A stretch of DNA of 63,768 nucleotides, filler included. It is 7 parts of 7 records of this genome, joined end to end, with 100 filler letters (N's around TTAATTAATTAA, not from the genome) between each part and the next. Parts side by side here need not be neighbours in the genome. Positions count along the whole stretch, not along the records: positions 12,087 to 24,628 come from SRR20825010_6876; positions 24,729 to 33,050 come from SRR20825010_6882; 5 more parts are not named here. The stretch is one strand, 5' to 3'. Positions 21,798 through 29,988 of this stretch are shown here, one piece after another (position 1 is the stretch's first letter; each line of letters opens with the position of its first letter). Position numbers and translations under genes: made by a program. The notes beneath the pieces are model-generated. The model did not search any database and was not told where the DNA came from. It saw nothing but the letters and a program-made list of their open reading frames with translations.

Positions 21798-22712
21798 ATG
21801 CAAAGATCAATTTTAGACTACTTTATTATCACCCTTAAAGGTATTGCTATGGGTGCAGCAGATGTTGTACCTGGCGTTTCTGGAGGTACTATTGCTTTTA
21901 TTTCTGGTATTTATGAGGAACTTATAACCTCCATAAATAATATCAGCATAGAAACTTTTAATATTCTAAGAAAAGAAGGTTTTAAAAAAGCTTGGAATCA
22001 TATCAATGGTAATTTTTTAGTTGCCTTGTTTCTTGGTATTGCAATTAGTATTTTATCCTTAGCCAAATTATTAGCATGGCTATTAGAGACGCATCCAATT
22101 TTATTATGGTCGTTCTTTTTCGGACTTGTAGTAGCAAGTATTATTTTTGTTGGAAAACAAATTACAAAATGGAATGCTGGTAGCATTATTGCCTTTATAG
22201 CTGGAGCTGCGGTTGCATTTTATATTACCACCCTCCCCCCTATGCATGAAACTGGTGGAGCTCTTCATTTGTTTTTTTCTGGAGCCTTAGCCATATGTGC
22301 TATGATTTTACCTGGAATTTCTGGAGCTTTTATTTTAGTTCTCTTGGGTTCTTATGGTACCATTTTGGCAGCAGTAAACGAGAGAGACATTCAAACAATT
22401 GCTATTGTAGGACTAGGGGCTATCTTTGGATTATTAAGCTTTTCTAAACTTTTAAAATACCTATTTACAAATTATAAAAATGTTACGTTGGCTGTTTTAA
22501 CAGGTTTTATTTTAGGCTCTTTAAATAAAATATGGCCCTGGAAATTGGTTACCGAAATCAAAAAATTTGGCGATAAAACTATTATTATTGACGAAAGTAC
22601 GAGTCCTTTTAATTATGATGGCGACCCGCAACTATTATGGGCAATAATTTTGGCTATTATCGGTTTTTTAACCATCTTTCTTCTTGAAAAATTGGCTACC
22701 ATAAAAAAATAA
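21798..22712 (+). CDS. DUF368 membrane protein (undecaprenyl-phosphate translocase family)
   Basis: GIAMGAADVVPGVSGGT and MILPGISG signatures. Confidence 0.9.
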   Translation: MQRSILDYFIITLKGIAMGAADVVPGVSGGTIAFISGIYEELITSINNISIETFNILRKEGFKKAWNHINGNFLVALFLGIAISILSLAKLLAWLLETHPILLWSFFFGLVVASIIFVGKQITKWNAGSIIAFIAGAAVAFYITTLPPMHETGGALHLFFSGALAICAMILPGISGAFILVLLGSYGTILAAVNERDIQTIAIVGLGAIFGLLSFSKLLKYLFTNYKNVTLAVLTGFILGSLNKIWPWKLVTEIKKFGDKTIIIDESTSPFNYDGDPQLLWAIILAIIGFLTIFLLEKLATIKK

Positions 22713-22714
22713 AA

Positions 22715-23746
22715 ATGCAACAACCAACGCGTACACTTCTCGATAAGTTTTTCCTTTTCATAAAGGGATTAGCCATGGGAGCCGCCAATAAAGTTCCTGG
22801 CGTTTCTGGAGGGGTAGTTGCTTTTGTTGCTGGTTTTTACGAAGAATTTATTTACTCGCTTCAGAAAGTAAACTTAAAAGCTCTAAAATTAATCCTTAAT
22901 GGACGGTTTAGAAGCTTTTATCAATATATAAATGGTCGCTTTTTAAGTTTATTGCTATTAGGAATGCTAGTGAGTTATTTTAGCGTCTCTAAACTTTTAG
23001 ACTACTTTATAGCGCAAAAAGAATTGTATGTTTGGGCCGCTTTCTTCGGAATGATTTTAGGCTCTATTTATTATATAGCCAAGGATTTCCATTATTGGAA
23101 TCGGAAAACCATTTTATCCTGTATCATCGGAATAATGATAGGTATTTCCTTAAGCTTTTTTAACCCAGCAAAACAAAATGAGAATCTATTTTTTGTGTTT
23201 TTCTGCGGAATAATAAGTGTTTCTGGGATGACGTTACCAGGCTTATCTGGTTCTTTTATTTTAATTCTACTTGGAAATTATGTACTCCTTTTAGTAGATT
23301 CTGTAAATGCCCTTTATGATACTTTTGCTGAAATATTTAAAGGCGATTTTAGCTTTATAAACAACCAACAGCGAATAGAAATGTTGAAAATTTTAGCAGT
23401 TTTCACCTTAGGATCGGTTACTGGTTTGGTTACACTTTCGCATTTATTAAGCTATGTTTTAAAGCATTTTAAACATATTACCACCGCCATTATCCTAGGG
23501 TTTATTACCGGCTCCCTGGGAGTTGTTTGGCCTTGGAAAAAAACAATATACAGACTCAACGAATTTGGAGAAATAATGAAAGATTCGGCTGGAGAAAAAA
23601 TAATTGTTAACTACCAACGCTACCTACCACATATAAATAATATAGAAACATGGATTGCCATTGGCTTTGTTATTGTTGGAATCTTAATTGTATTAGGATT
23701 GGATTGGTACGGAAAACTAACTCAAGGCGAAACTGTAAAACATTAA
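22715..23746 (+). CDS. DUF368 membrane protein, second paralog
   Basis: GLAMGAANKVPGVSGGV and MTLPGLSG; WPWK. Confidence 0.88.
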   Translation: MQQPTRTLLDKFFLFIKGLAMGAANKVPGVSGGVVAFVAGFYEEFIYSLQKVNLKALKLILNGRFRSFYQYINGRFLSLLLLGMLVSYFSVSKLLDYFIAQKELYVWAAFFGMILGSIYYIAKDFHYWNRKTILSCIIGIMIGISLSFFNPAKQNENLFFVFFCGIISVSGMTLPGLSGSFILILLGNYVLLLVDSVNALYDTFAEIFKGDFSFINNQQRIEMLKILAVFTLGSVTGLVTLSHLLSYVLKHFKHITTAIILGFITGSLGVVWPWKKTIYRLNEFGEIMKDSAGEKIIVNYQRYLPHINNIETWIAIGFVIVGILIVLGLDWYGKLTQGETVKH

Positions 23747-23788
23747 TTTTAATATACACCAACCGCCAAAACGTATAAAACTTACTTA

Positions 23789-24532
23789 ATGAAAAAAGAA
23801 CTTAGACATTTCGGATTATTAGGAAAGAATATTTCATACTCATTTTCTGCTGGTTACTTTACGGAAAAATTTAAGCAGCTCGATCTTGATAACCATTCTT
23901 ATGTTAATTTCGATTTACAAAACATTGAAGAAATTAAAAATGTTTTAGCACAAGATAAAGATATTGTTGGTTTTAATATCACCATTCCCTACAAAGAAGC
24001 TATTATTCCTTTTTTAACTGAAATAGACCCAAAAGCAAAAGAAATTGGCGCTGTAAATACCGTAAAAATAACCAAGAACGGTTTGAAAGGCTACAATACA
24101 GATGTTTATGGCTTTTATAAATCTATAGAACCCTTTATAAAATCACACCATAAAAAGGCACTAATTCTAGGTACAGGAGGTGCTTCTAAAGCAGTAAAAC
24201 ACGCTTTAATTGACTTAGGTTTGGAGATTCAATTTGTATCCAGAACTGCGTCGGAAAACAAATTGAGTTACGAGATGCTTACAAAACAAGTTATGGAGCA
24301 ACACCAAGTAATTGTGAATTGCTCTCCAATTGGTACTTTTCCAAATACGGAAGCTAAACCTGCTATTCCATATGAATTTCTTACTGAAGGGCATTTAGTT
24401 TTTGACTTAATCTACAACCCTCCAAAAACAGCTTTCATGAAATATGCTGAAGCAAATGGCGCTACCGCAGTAAACGGAAGCAAAATGCTAGAACTCCAAG
24501 CTGAAAAAGCCTGGGAAATTTGGAATGGGTAG
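23789..24532 (+). CDS. aroE: Shikimate dehydrogenase
   Basis: SYSFS, NITIPYK, GAVNT, GYNTD, GTGGAS, DLIYNP. Confidence 0.93.
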   Translation: MKKELRHFGLLGKNISYSFSAGYFTEKFKQLDLDNHSYVNFDLQNIEEIKNVLAQDKDIVGFNITIPYKEAIIPFLTEIDPKAKEIGAVNTVKITKNGLKGYNTDVYGFYKSIEPFIKSHHKKALILGTGGASKAVKHALIDLGLEIQFVSRTASENKLSYEMLTKQVMEQHQVIVNCSPIGTFPNTEAKPAIPYEFLTEGHLVFDLIYNPPKTAFMKYAEANGATAVNGSKMLELQAEKAWEIWNG

Positions 24533-24628
24533 AAATCGGAAGCTAGAAGTCGGGAGTCCGAAGCTAGACAGTGTTCAGTTTACAGATTGCAGTCTTTTTG
24601 GTTTATGGTTTATGGTTTATGGTTTATG
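24530..24628. repeat. Compound heptamer tandem repeats at contig end
   Basis: Three period-7 blocks: TAGAAGT/CGGAAGC-like units; CAG at 24569/24576/24583/24590; (TGGTTTA)4 at 24599-24626. Confidence 0.8.
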
Positions 24629-24728
24629 NNNNNNNNNNNNNNNNNNNNNNNNNNNNNNNNNNNNNNNNNNNNTTAATTAATTAANNNNNNNNNNNNNNNN
24701 NNNNNNNNNNNNNNNNNNNNNNNNNNNN
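24629..24728. other. Artificial contig spacer
   Basis: N44-TTAATTAATTAA-N44. Confidence 0.98.
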
Positions 24729-25700
24729 TTAAACCACCACCCCAAAACCCAACAAGAATGGGACACCAAAGTTAACAGCCTACTTGCGGCGGAAAAACAG
24801 TATAAGGAAAAAATCATAGAGGATTTTTGCAATAACCTCATCAAAGTAGAAAAAGGGATTTTTTATAGGGGAACGGTGGACAGACCTCATTGGACAAAAA
24901 AAGGTGTATATTATTCAGACAGCGAAGTAATAGAAAATTACAAGTGGAGAGAATCGATGGGGTTTATGACACAAAAAAAAATTGAATTAGATTATAATTA
25001 TTATGTGGTAAACCAGTATCTTACAGAAGATATACTTTGGGCTATCCTAAGCGAAACAAAGCGGTATTATTGGGTGAATTTTTATCCAGAAAATGACATT
25101 ATGGGTTTATCCTTCTTAAATGAAAAACAGACTGAATCTGGTAGCATTAATTTATCAAAAAAAGACGGGTATCCTATAAACGCTAAAGAATCTTTATCTT
25201 TAAGTTATGAAAATGTTTTATACTTTATCCAAATGCTCAACTTAAAAACAGGCAAGAAGTTTCGCCTAATGACAGAAGCAGAATGGGAATATGCCCAACG
25301 AGGAGGACAAAAGCAACAACTGGACACCATTGTAGAGAAAAAAATAATTGGCGGCAACAAGCGAAAAGGCTATCAGTATGAAACCACCAATTATTATTCC
25401 TACAAGTCAGATGCAATATCGCCCTGCACAAGCACAAGGGTTAAATCGGAAGATAATTGCTACAAAAAACCCAACGAATTAGGAATCGTAATTAAGAAAT
25501 ATATTACCTGCGGTAGCAAAATGGACTTAAATCAATACAAATTTTTTTCAGGAAAAGCTTCTGAGATATCTACCGGAGGGGCAGATAAATTGATACGGAA
25601 AGACGGTTTTGTACCCAGTGACTATGAACATAAAATGACGGATGAATTCGTCAAAAACAAGAGAGGTCAAACTTTTGCACTTGTATTGGATGAGGATTAA
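24729..25700 (+). CDS. Divergent FGE-sulfatase (SUMF1-like, C-lectin fold) domain protein, 5' end cut
   Basis: Frame is open from the contig start. Motifs LIKVEKGIFYRG, LNLKTGKKFRLMTEAEWEYAQRGG and KKPNELG are present; the usual GNVWEW motif is missing. Confidence 0.7.
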   Translation, partial: LNHHPKTQQEWDTKVNSLLAAEKQYKEKIIEDFCNNLIKVEKGIFYRGTVDRPHWTKKGVYYSDSEVIENYKWRESMGFMTQKKIELDYNYYVVNQYLTEDILWAILSETKRYYWVNFYPENDIMGLSFLNEKQTESGSINLSKKDGYPINAKESLSLSYENVLYFIQMLNLKTGKKFRLMTEAEWEYAQRGGQKQQLDTIVEKKIIGGNKRKGYQYETTNYYSYKSDAISPCTSTRVKSEDNCYKKPNELGIVIKKYITCGSKMDLNQYKFFSGKASEISTGGADKLIRKDGFVPSDYEHKMTDEFVKNKRGQTFALVLDED

Positions 25701-25862
25701 GAAATTATATAAAGAACCTTTGTAAAAGAGGCAATCAATGCTGTGAATTTAATATTTAAGAACATCATTTAGTTCTAAGAAAACTGAAGACAAATTTCTG
25801 TCTCAATTTTTCTATATTTGCTATGAGCTAACGGAAACACGTTGAAAAGCAAAGCAATAAGC

Positions 25863-25882
25863 ATCGTTACCAAATCGTTACC
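25863..25882. repeat. Direct repeat ATCGTTACC x2, possible integrase arm-type sites
   Basis: ATCGTTACC at 25863 and 25874 (11-bp period) in an intergenic region of the integrase-bearing contig. Confidence 0.45.
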
Positions 25883-25984
25883 TTACTTCTTTGATTATCT
25901 CTATAAAAGCCTAGTATTCAACCGATACGGATTTTTCCTGAAAACTTTAAAATAAAAAAAGCATTGTATTTTATGTAAGAAAGC

Positions 25985-26940
25985 ATGAATTTAAACAACA
26001 AATTATGTTCAGAATGTTTTATGGACCAGGGTCTTAAACTCTTGGTAGAGCGTAATGGAATCGAAAATTCAGAAAACTGTACACATTGTTCAAACTCTCA
26101 ACGCTGAACAAATAGAAACTTTAGCTTATAGATTTTTTGTTGTCGGCAGTATTTTTAAACCTGGTTATGGAGCTGCTCCAATAATTCAGTTTAATGAACA
26201 CCAAAAAACAAATGTTAAATTATCCGGCTCGTTACAAAATGACATCAAACTTTTTGAAAAAACTCTAGGGGTCGGCTTTTTTCATTATGGTCCCAGACTA
26301 TGGATGATTGAGGAGATTGAGTCTCTAAAAGATTTACAAAATAAGAAATAAGAAAATCAATCTTCATTAGGATAGTCAATGAATTTCCAACGGTTCTATT
26401 AAAAGAAAACCAATTGTTTTATAGGATTCGAACTAACCCCAAAGATCCAACTAATGAAAATGAATACGATAGTTCGCCATATCCAGGAAATGGAAGGTTA
26501 GATAGTGAAAGTCATCCAATTTTATATGGTTCTCAAGATTTAGAAGTTTGTATCCACGAATGTCGTATTACTGTAGAAGATGAAATATATGTTGCAACGC
26601 TTAAACCAAATAAAGTTTTAAAACTTTTAGACTTTACAGAACTAATAGATGAAGGTTGTTCTGAATTTGAGAGTCTAGATTTATCAAAACAAATGTTGTT
26701 TTTAGCTTCAAAGCATTCTTATGAAATATCAAAAGAATTAAGCCTTTACATAAGCACTAAAGGATTTGATGGGATTGTTTACCCATCGTATTTTAGTTTG
26801 GTCAGAACAGGAAAAATTCCTTTCCCCAAAGTTTACGGAATTTCTACAAGAAGAATTCACAACTTGAAAATTAAGTACAATTCCGAACCTTGCATTATTT
26901 AGAAATCCAGTAAAAGACAAAAGAATAAAAGTTAACCTTC
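25985..26940 (+). pseudogene. RES-domain protein with N-terminal CxxC...CxxC Zn finger, three frameshifts
   Basis: Four fragments. 25985-26107: MNLNNKLCSECF...CTHC. To 26351: ...YGPRLWM. From 26351: RKSI...FYRIR..GRL..LYGS..VCIHECR..GFDGIVYPS. From about 26872, in another frame: TIPNLALFRNP. The 3' end is approximate. Confidence 0.75.
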
Positions 26941-26988
26941 GACATATGTATAATGAGCTCATTTAAATAATCATTGTATTATTATTCT

Positions 26989-28221
26989 CTATTTTTTTCT
27001 TTTGTCGAAAAGTGAAATTAGATTCTGCATATCCTCTCCTATCTTTTTCTCCAATACTCTGGCATAAATTTGAGTCGTACTGAGTTTTGTATGTCCTAAC
27101 ATTTTAGAAACGGTCTCTATTGGAACACCGTTGGACAACGTAATAGTTGTAGCAAACGTATGTCGTGCTGAGTGAAAAGTAATATTTTTATGAATGCCGC
27201 AGGCTTTTGTGATTTCCTTTAGATAACTATTCACTTTTTGATTACTAAAAACTGGAAGTAATCTACCACTAATTTTCTGTTCGGTTGAACCCGAGTAGAT
27301 ATCAATTATAATTTTGGCTTTAGGGAGTAAAGGAATCTTTACAGTTTCGTTTGTTTTTTCACGTTTTGTATGTAACCAATAATTTCCGTCAATTCCTCTG
27401 ACCATTTGATGGGTTTCTAACTGTTTGACATCAATATAGGATAAGCCTGTATAACAGGAAAATAAAAATACATTTCGTACTTTTTCATATCCTTCACTTT
27501 TAAATATTGTTTCTTCAATTAATTGTAATTCTCTTTCAGATAAGTAACTCTTTTCAGTTTTCTGGAAATTCAACTTATAATTTCGGAAGGGATCTTTATC
27601 CAGCCATTCCAGTTTTACGGCCAAATTGGTCATTTTCATCAATCGCTCTAAATGCTTCATGGCTCCATTGTTGCCACAGGTTCGTCGTCCACTTTTAGAT
27701 TGATAATTTCTAAGATATTGTTCAAAATCTACAATGAAACTATAGTTCAATTGTTTTAAATAGACGTCGGGGGAGTTAAATTTATGCCGTAAAAATTTAT
27801 GTAAATAACGCTCGGTAGAGTAATAGTTTTTCATCGTACCAAACTTCAAAACAGAAACCATATTAGTATTATGATATGTGACCAATTCTTTTAGGCTCTT
27901 GTTTTGCTCGTCTTGCCCTAAATATCTAGCTTTTACAGCCTGTGCGGTAATCAATTTACCCTCTTGAAGTAACTGTTTGTGCGCATCCATAATCTGGACA
28001 TAAACCTCATCTAAATAGCTGTTAAGTAATCTCGCTTTTTGGCAGGTACCTATGACCCTTCCCTTAGAATCATCCCAAACATTCACAGCGGTGTAACGTT
28101 TTAAACTGATTTCTGCGCGTCTCCCATCGACAGTTATTCGAGCATAAATGGTCAACTTTTCAGGATTGTTATTGATGTCTCTAGTAAAAATTAATACGGT
28201 TAAAGTGCTGTTATTCCTCAT
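26989..28221 (-). CDS. Tyrosine recombinase/integrase, Bacteroidetes IntDOT-like (arm-binding, SAM-like and catalytic domains)
   Basis: IYARITVDG arm domain; YTGLSYID (Ser at Arg-I position); REKT; HSARH; LGHT; TQIYA. Confidence 0.93.
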   Translation of the reverse strand: MRNNSTLTVLIFTRDINNNPEKLTIYARITVDGRRAEISLKRYTAVNVWDDSKGRVIGTCQKARLLNSYLDEVYVQIMDAHKQLLQEGKLITAQAVKARYLGQDEQNKSLKELVTYHNTNMVSVLKFGTMKNYYSTERYLHKFLRHKFNSPDVYLKQLNYSFIVDFEQYLRNYQSKSGRRTCGNNGAMKHLERLMKMTNLAVKLEWLDKDPFRNYKLNFQKTEKSYLSERELQLIEETIFKSEGYEKVRNVFLFSCYTGLSYIDVKQLETHQMVRGIDGNYWLHTKREKTNETVKIPLLPKAKIIIDIYSGSTEQKISGRLLPVFSNQKVNSYLKEITKACGIHKNITFHSARHTFATTITLSNGVPIETVSKMLGHTKLSTTQIYARVLEKKIGEDMQNLISLFDKRKK

Positions 28222-28373
28222 TTTATTCGTCTTTTAAGTGAAACAAATTTTTAAGAAAAGACGATCTTAAATAGCTAAAAAAGCTACTTAAATTTACAAC
28301 AAATTATGTACAAATTCATTCACCGATCTCTACACCAGTTGTATGATATTAAACGATATTATTTGATATCATA

Positions 28374-28415
28374 AAAAATGAAAAGCACTGAAAATCAAAA
28401 GATTAACAGTGCTTT
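28374..28415 (-). terminator. Hairpin/terminator downstream of tRNA-Pro
   Basis: Inverted repeat AAAGCACTG...CAGTGCTTT at 28382-28415, followed by T-rich sequence on the minus strand. Confidence 0.6.
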
Positions 28416-28438
28416 GAAACCACCTAAATAGTGGTTCG

Positions 28439-28512
28439 TCGGGATGACAAGATTTGAACTTGCGACCCCACGCCCCCCAGACGTGTACGCTACCAGGCTG
28501 CGCCACATCCCG
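28439..28512 (-). tRNA. tRNA-Pro(GGG)
   Basis: Minus strand CGGGATGTGGCGCAGCCTGGTAGCGTACACGTCTGGGGGGCGTGGGGTCGCAAGTTCAAATCTTGTCATCCCGA folds as a cloverleaf with anticodon GGG; CCA not encoded. Confidence 0.96.
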
Positions 28513-28590
28513 AATTATTTTTTTCTGCCCAGAACATTATTTTAGTTTGAAATTAATAAAAAATTATCAATCCCACCTCTGGTGCAGCCC

Positions 28591-28625
28591 GCCCTGAGCG
28601 CAGTCGAAGGGCCACATCCCGAATT
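28591..28625. repeat. REP-like hairpin fused to a duplicated tRNA-Pro 5' end
   Basis: GCCCTGAGCGCAGTCGAAGGGC, then GCCACATCCCGAATT (28611-28625), which is identical to 28502-28516. Confidence 0.65.
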
Positions 28626-28895
28626 GTTTTTAGCACAAGGGTTTACCTTTTTTATTAGCATCCTAAAAAGTAAATATTAGACTGCATTTCGTTGCAAATT
28701 CAATGTGAAAAAGTGCAAATCAAAAATAAGCATTTTATAAAGTTAAGCAAGAAAGAATTTTATAAAAAGGCGTGGGTTTAAGTCCTAAATAAGAAATTAG
28801 AATAGAACAATAATAAATCTTCATAACTTTTAGAGTTTCATTACTTTGAAAGTTATTATTTTTACCATTCGAAAAAAACTATTGAACAAAATATC

Positions 28896-29858
28896 ATGAG
28901 CGAAACTATTGAAAGAATAAAATGCCTTATTATAGGTTCAGGACCTGCTGGATACACTGCAGCAATTTATGCGGCAAGAGCAGACTTAAAACCAATTATG
29001 TATACAGGAATGGAACCTGGTGGACAGTTGACAACAACTACAGAAGTTGATAATTTCCCTGGATATCCTGAAGGAATTGACGGCCCTACAATGATGGTGC
29101 AATTGCAACAACAAGCGGAACGTTTTGGTACTCAAGTACGTATTGGAATGGTTACAAGTGTAGCGTTTAGCGATGTAGTAGGTGGATTGCATAAAGTAAC
29201 GGTAGACAATACCACACAAATTGAAGCTGAGACTGTTATTATTTCAACAGGAGCAACTGCCAAATATTTAGGTTTGCCAAGTGAACAAAAATTACGCGGC
29301 GGTGGTGTTTCTGCTTGTGCTGTTTGTGATGGATTTTTCTATAAAAAACAAGATGTTGCAATAGTTGGAGCAGGCGATACTGCAGCCGAAGAAGCTACTT
29401 ATTTAGCAAATATATGTAATAAAGTAACCATGCTTGTTCGTAAAGATTTTATGAAAGCTTCTAAAGCAATGCAGCATAGAGTGAATAATACCAAAAACTT
29501 GGAAGTTCGCTACAATACCGAAGTTGATGAGGTTTTGGGTGACCAAGTTGTAGAAGGTCTTAGAATGGTGAACAACCAAACAGGTGAAAAAGAAGAAATA
29601 GCGATTACAGGTCTATTTATTGCTATTGGCCATAAACCAAACACAGACATTTTTAAAGGTCAATTAGATATGGACGATACAGGTTATTTGATTACCAAAG
29701 GAAAAAGTACCAAAACAAATATGCCAGGTGTTTTTGCAAGTGGTGATGTTCAAGATAAAGAATATCGCCAAGCAGTAACCGCAGCAGGTACAGGTTGTAT
29801 GGCTGCTCTAGATGCAGAACGTTACTTAGCTACTATTGAAACAGAAGTTACAGCATAA
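28896..29858 (+). CDS. trxB: Thioredoxin-disulfide reductase
   Basis: GSGPAG; GGQLTTT; CAVC active site; GAGDTA; QAVTAAGTG. Confidence 0.97.
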   Translation: MSETIERIKCLIIGSGPAGYTAAIYAARADLKPIMYTGMEPGGQLTTTTEVDNFPGYPEGIDGPTMMVQLQQQAERFGTQVRIGMVTSVAFSDVVGGLHKVTVDNTTQIEAETVIISTGATAKYLGLPSEQKLRGGGVSACAVCDGFFYKKQDVAIVGAGDTAAEEATYLANICNKVTMLVRKDFMKASKAMQHRVNNTKNLEVRYNTEVDEVLGDQVVEGLRMVNNQTGEKEEIAITGLFIAIGHKPNTDIFKGQLDMDDTGYLITKGKSTKTNMPGVFASGDVQDKEYRQAVTAAGTGCMAALDAERYLATIETEVTA

Positions 29859-29879
29859 TATTATTTTTAAAATATTTTG

Positions 29880-29912
29880 AAAACACCTGAAACTTTTCAG
29901 GTGTTTTTTTTT
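29880..29912 (+). terminator. trxB intrinsic terminator
   Basis: AAAACACCTGAAA-CT-TTTCAGGTGTTTT followed by a T-run. Confidence 0.85.
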
Positions 29913-29988
29913 CTTATAAAATAAATTAAAGCATCAAACGATTCTCGGTTTCTAATAAATTATATTTGCATTATAAGCTGTTGTTTTA

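Larger units (their letters stand above)
24729..28439 (-). mobile_element. Integrative element/genomic island at the 3' end of tRNA-Pro (distal boundary not seen)
   Basis: Integrase lies just downstream of, and co-oriented with, tRNA-Pro; cargo is decayed; no second att copy found in this contig. Confidence 0.6.

Noticed and set aside
24729-28221. Diversity-generating retroelement, suggested by the FGE-fold gene near an integrase
   Set aside because: No reverse transcriptase, Avd or TR/VR repeat pair is visible.
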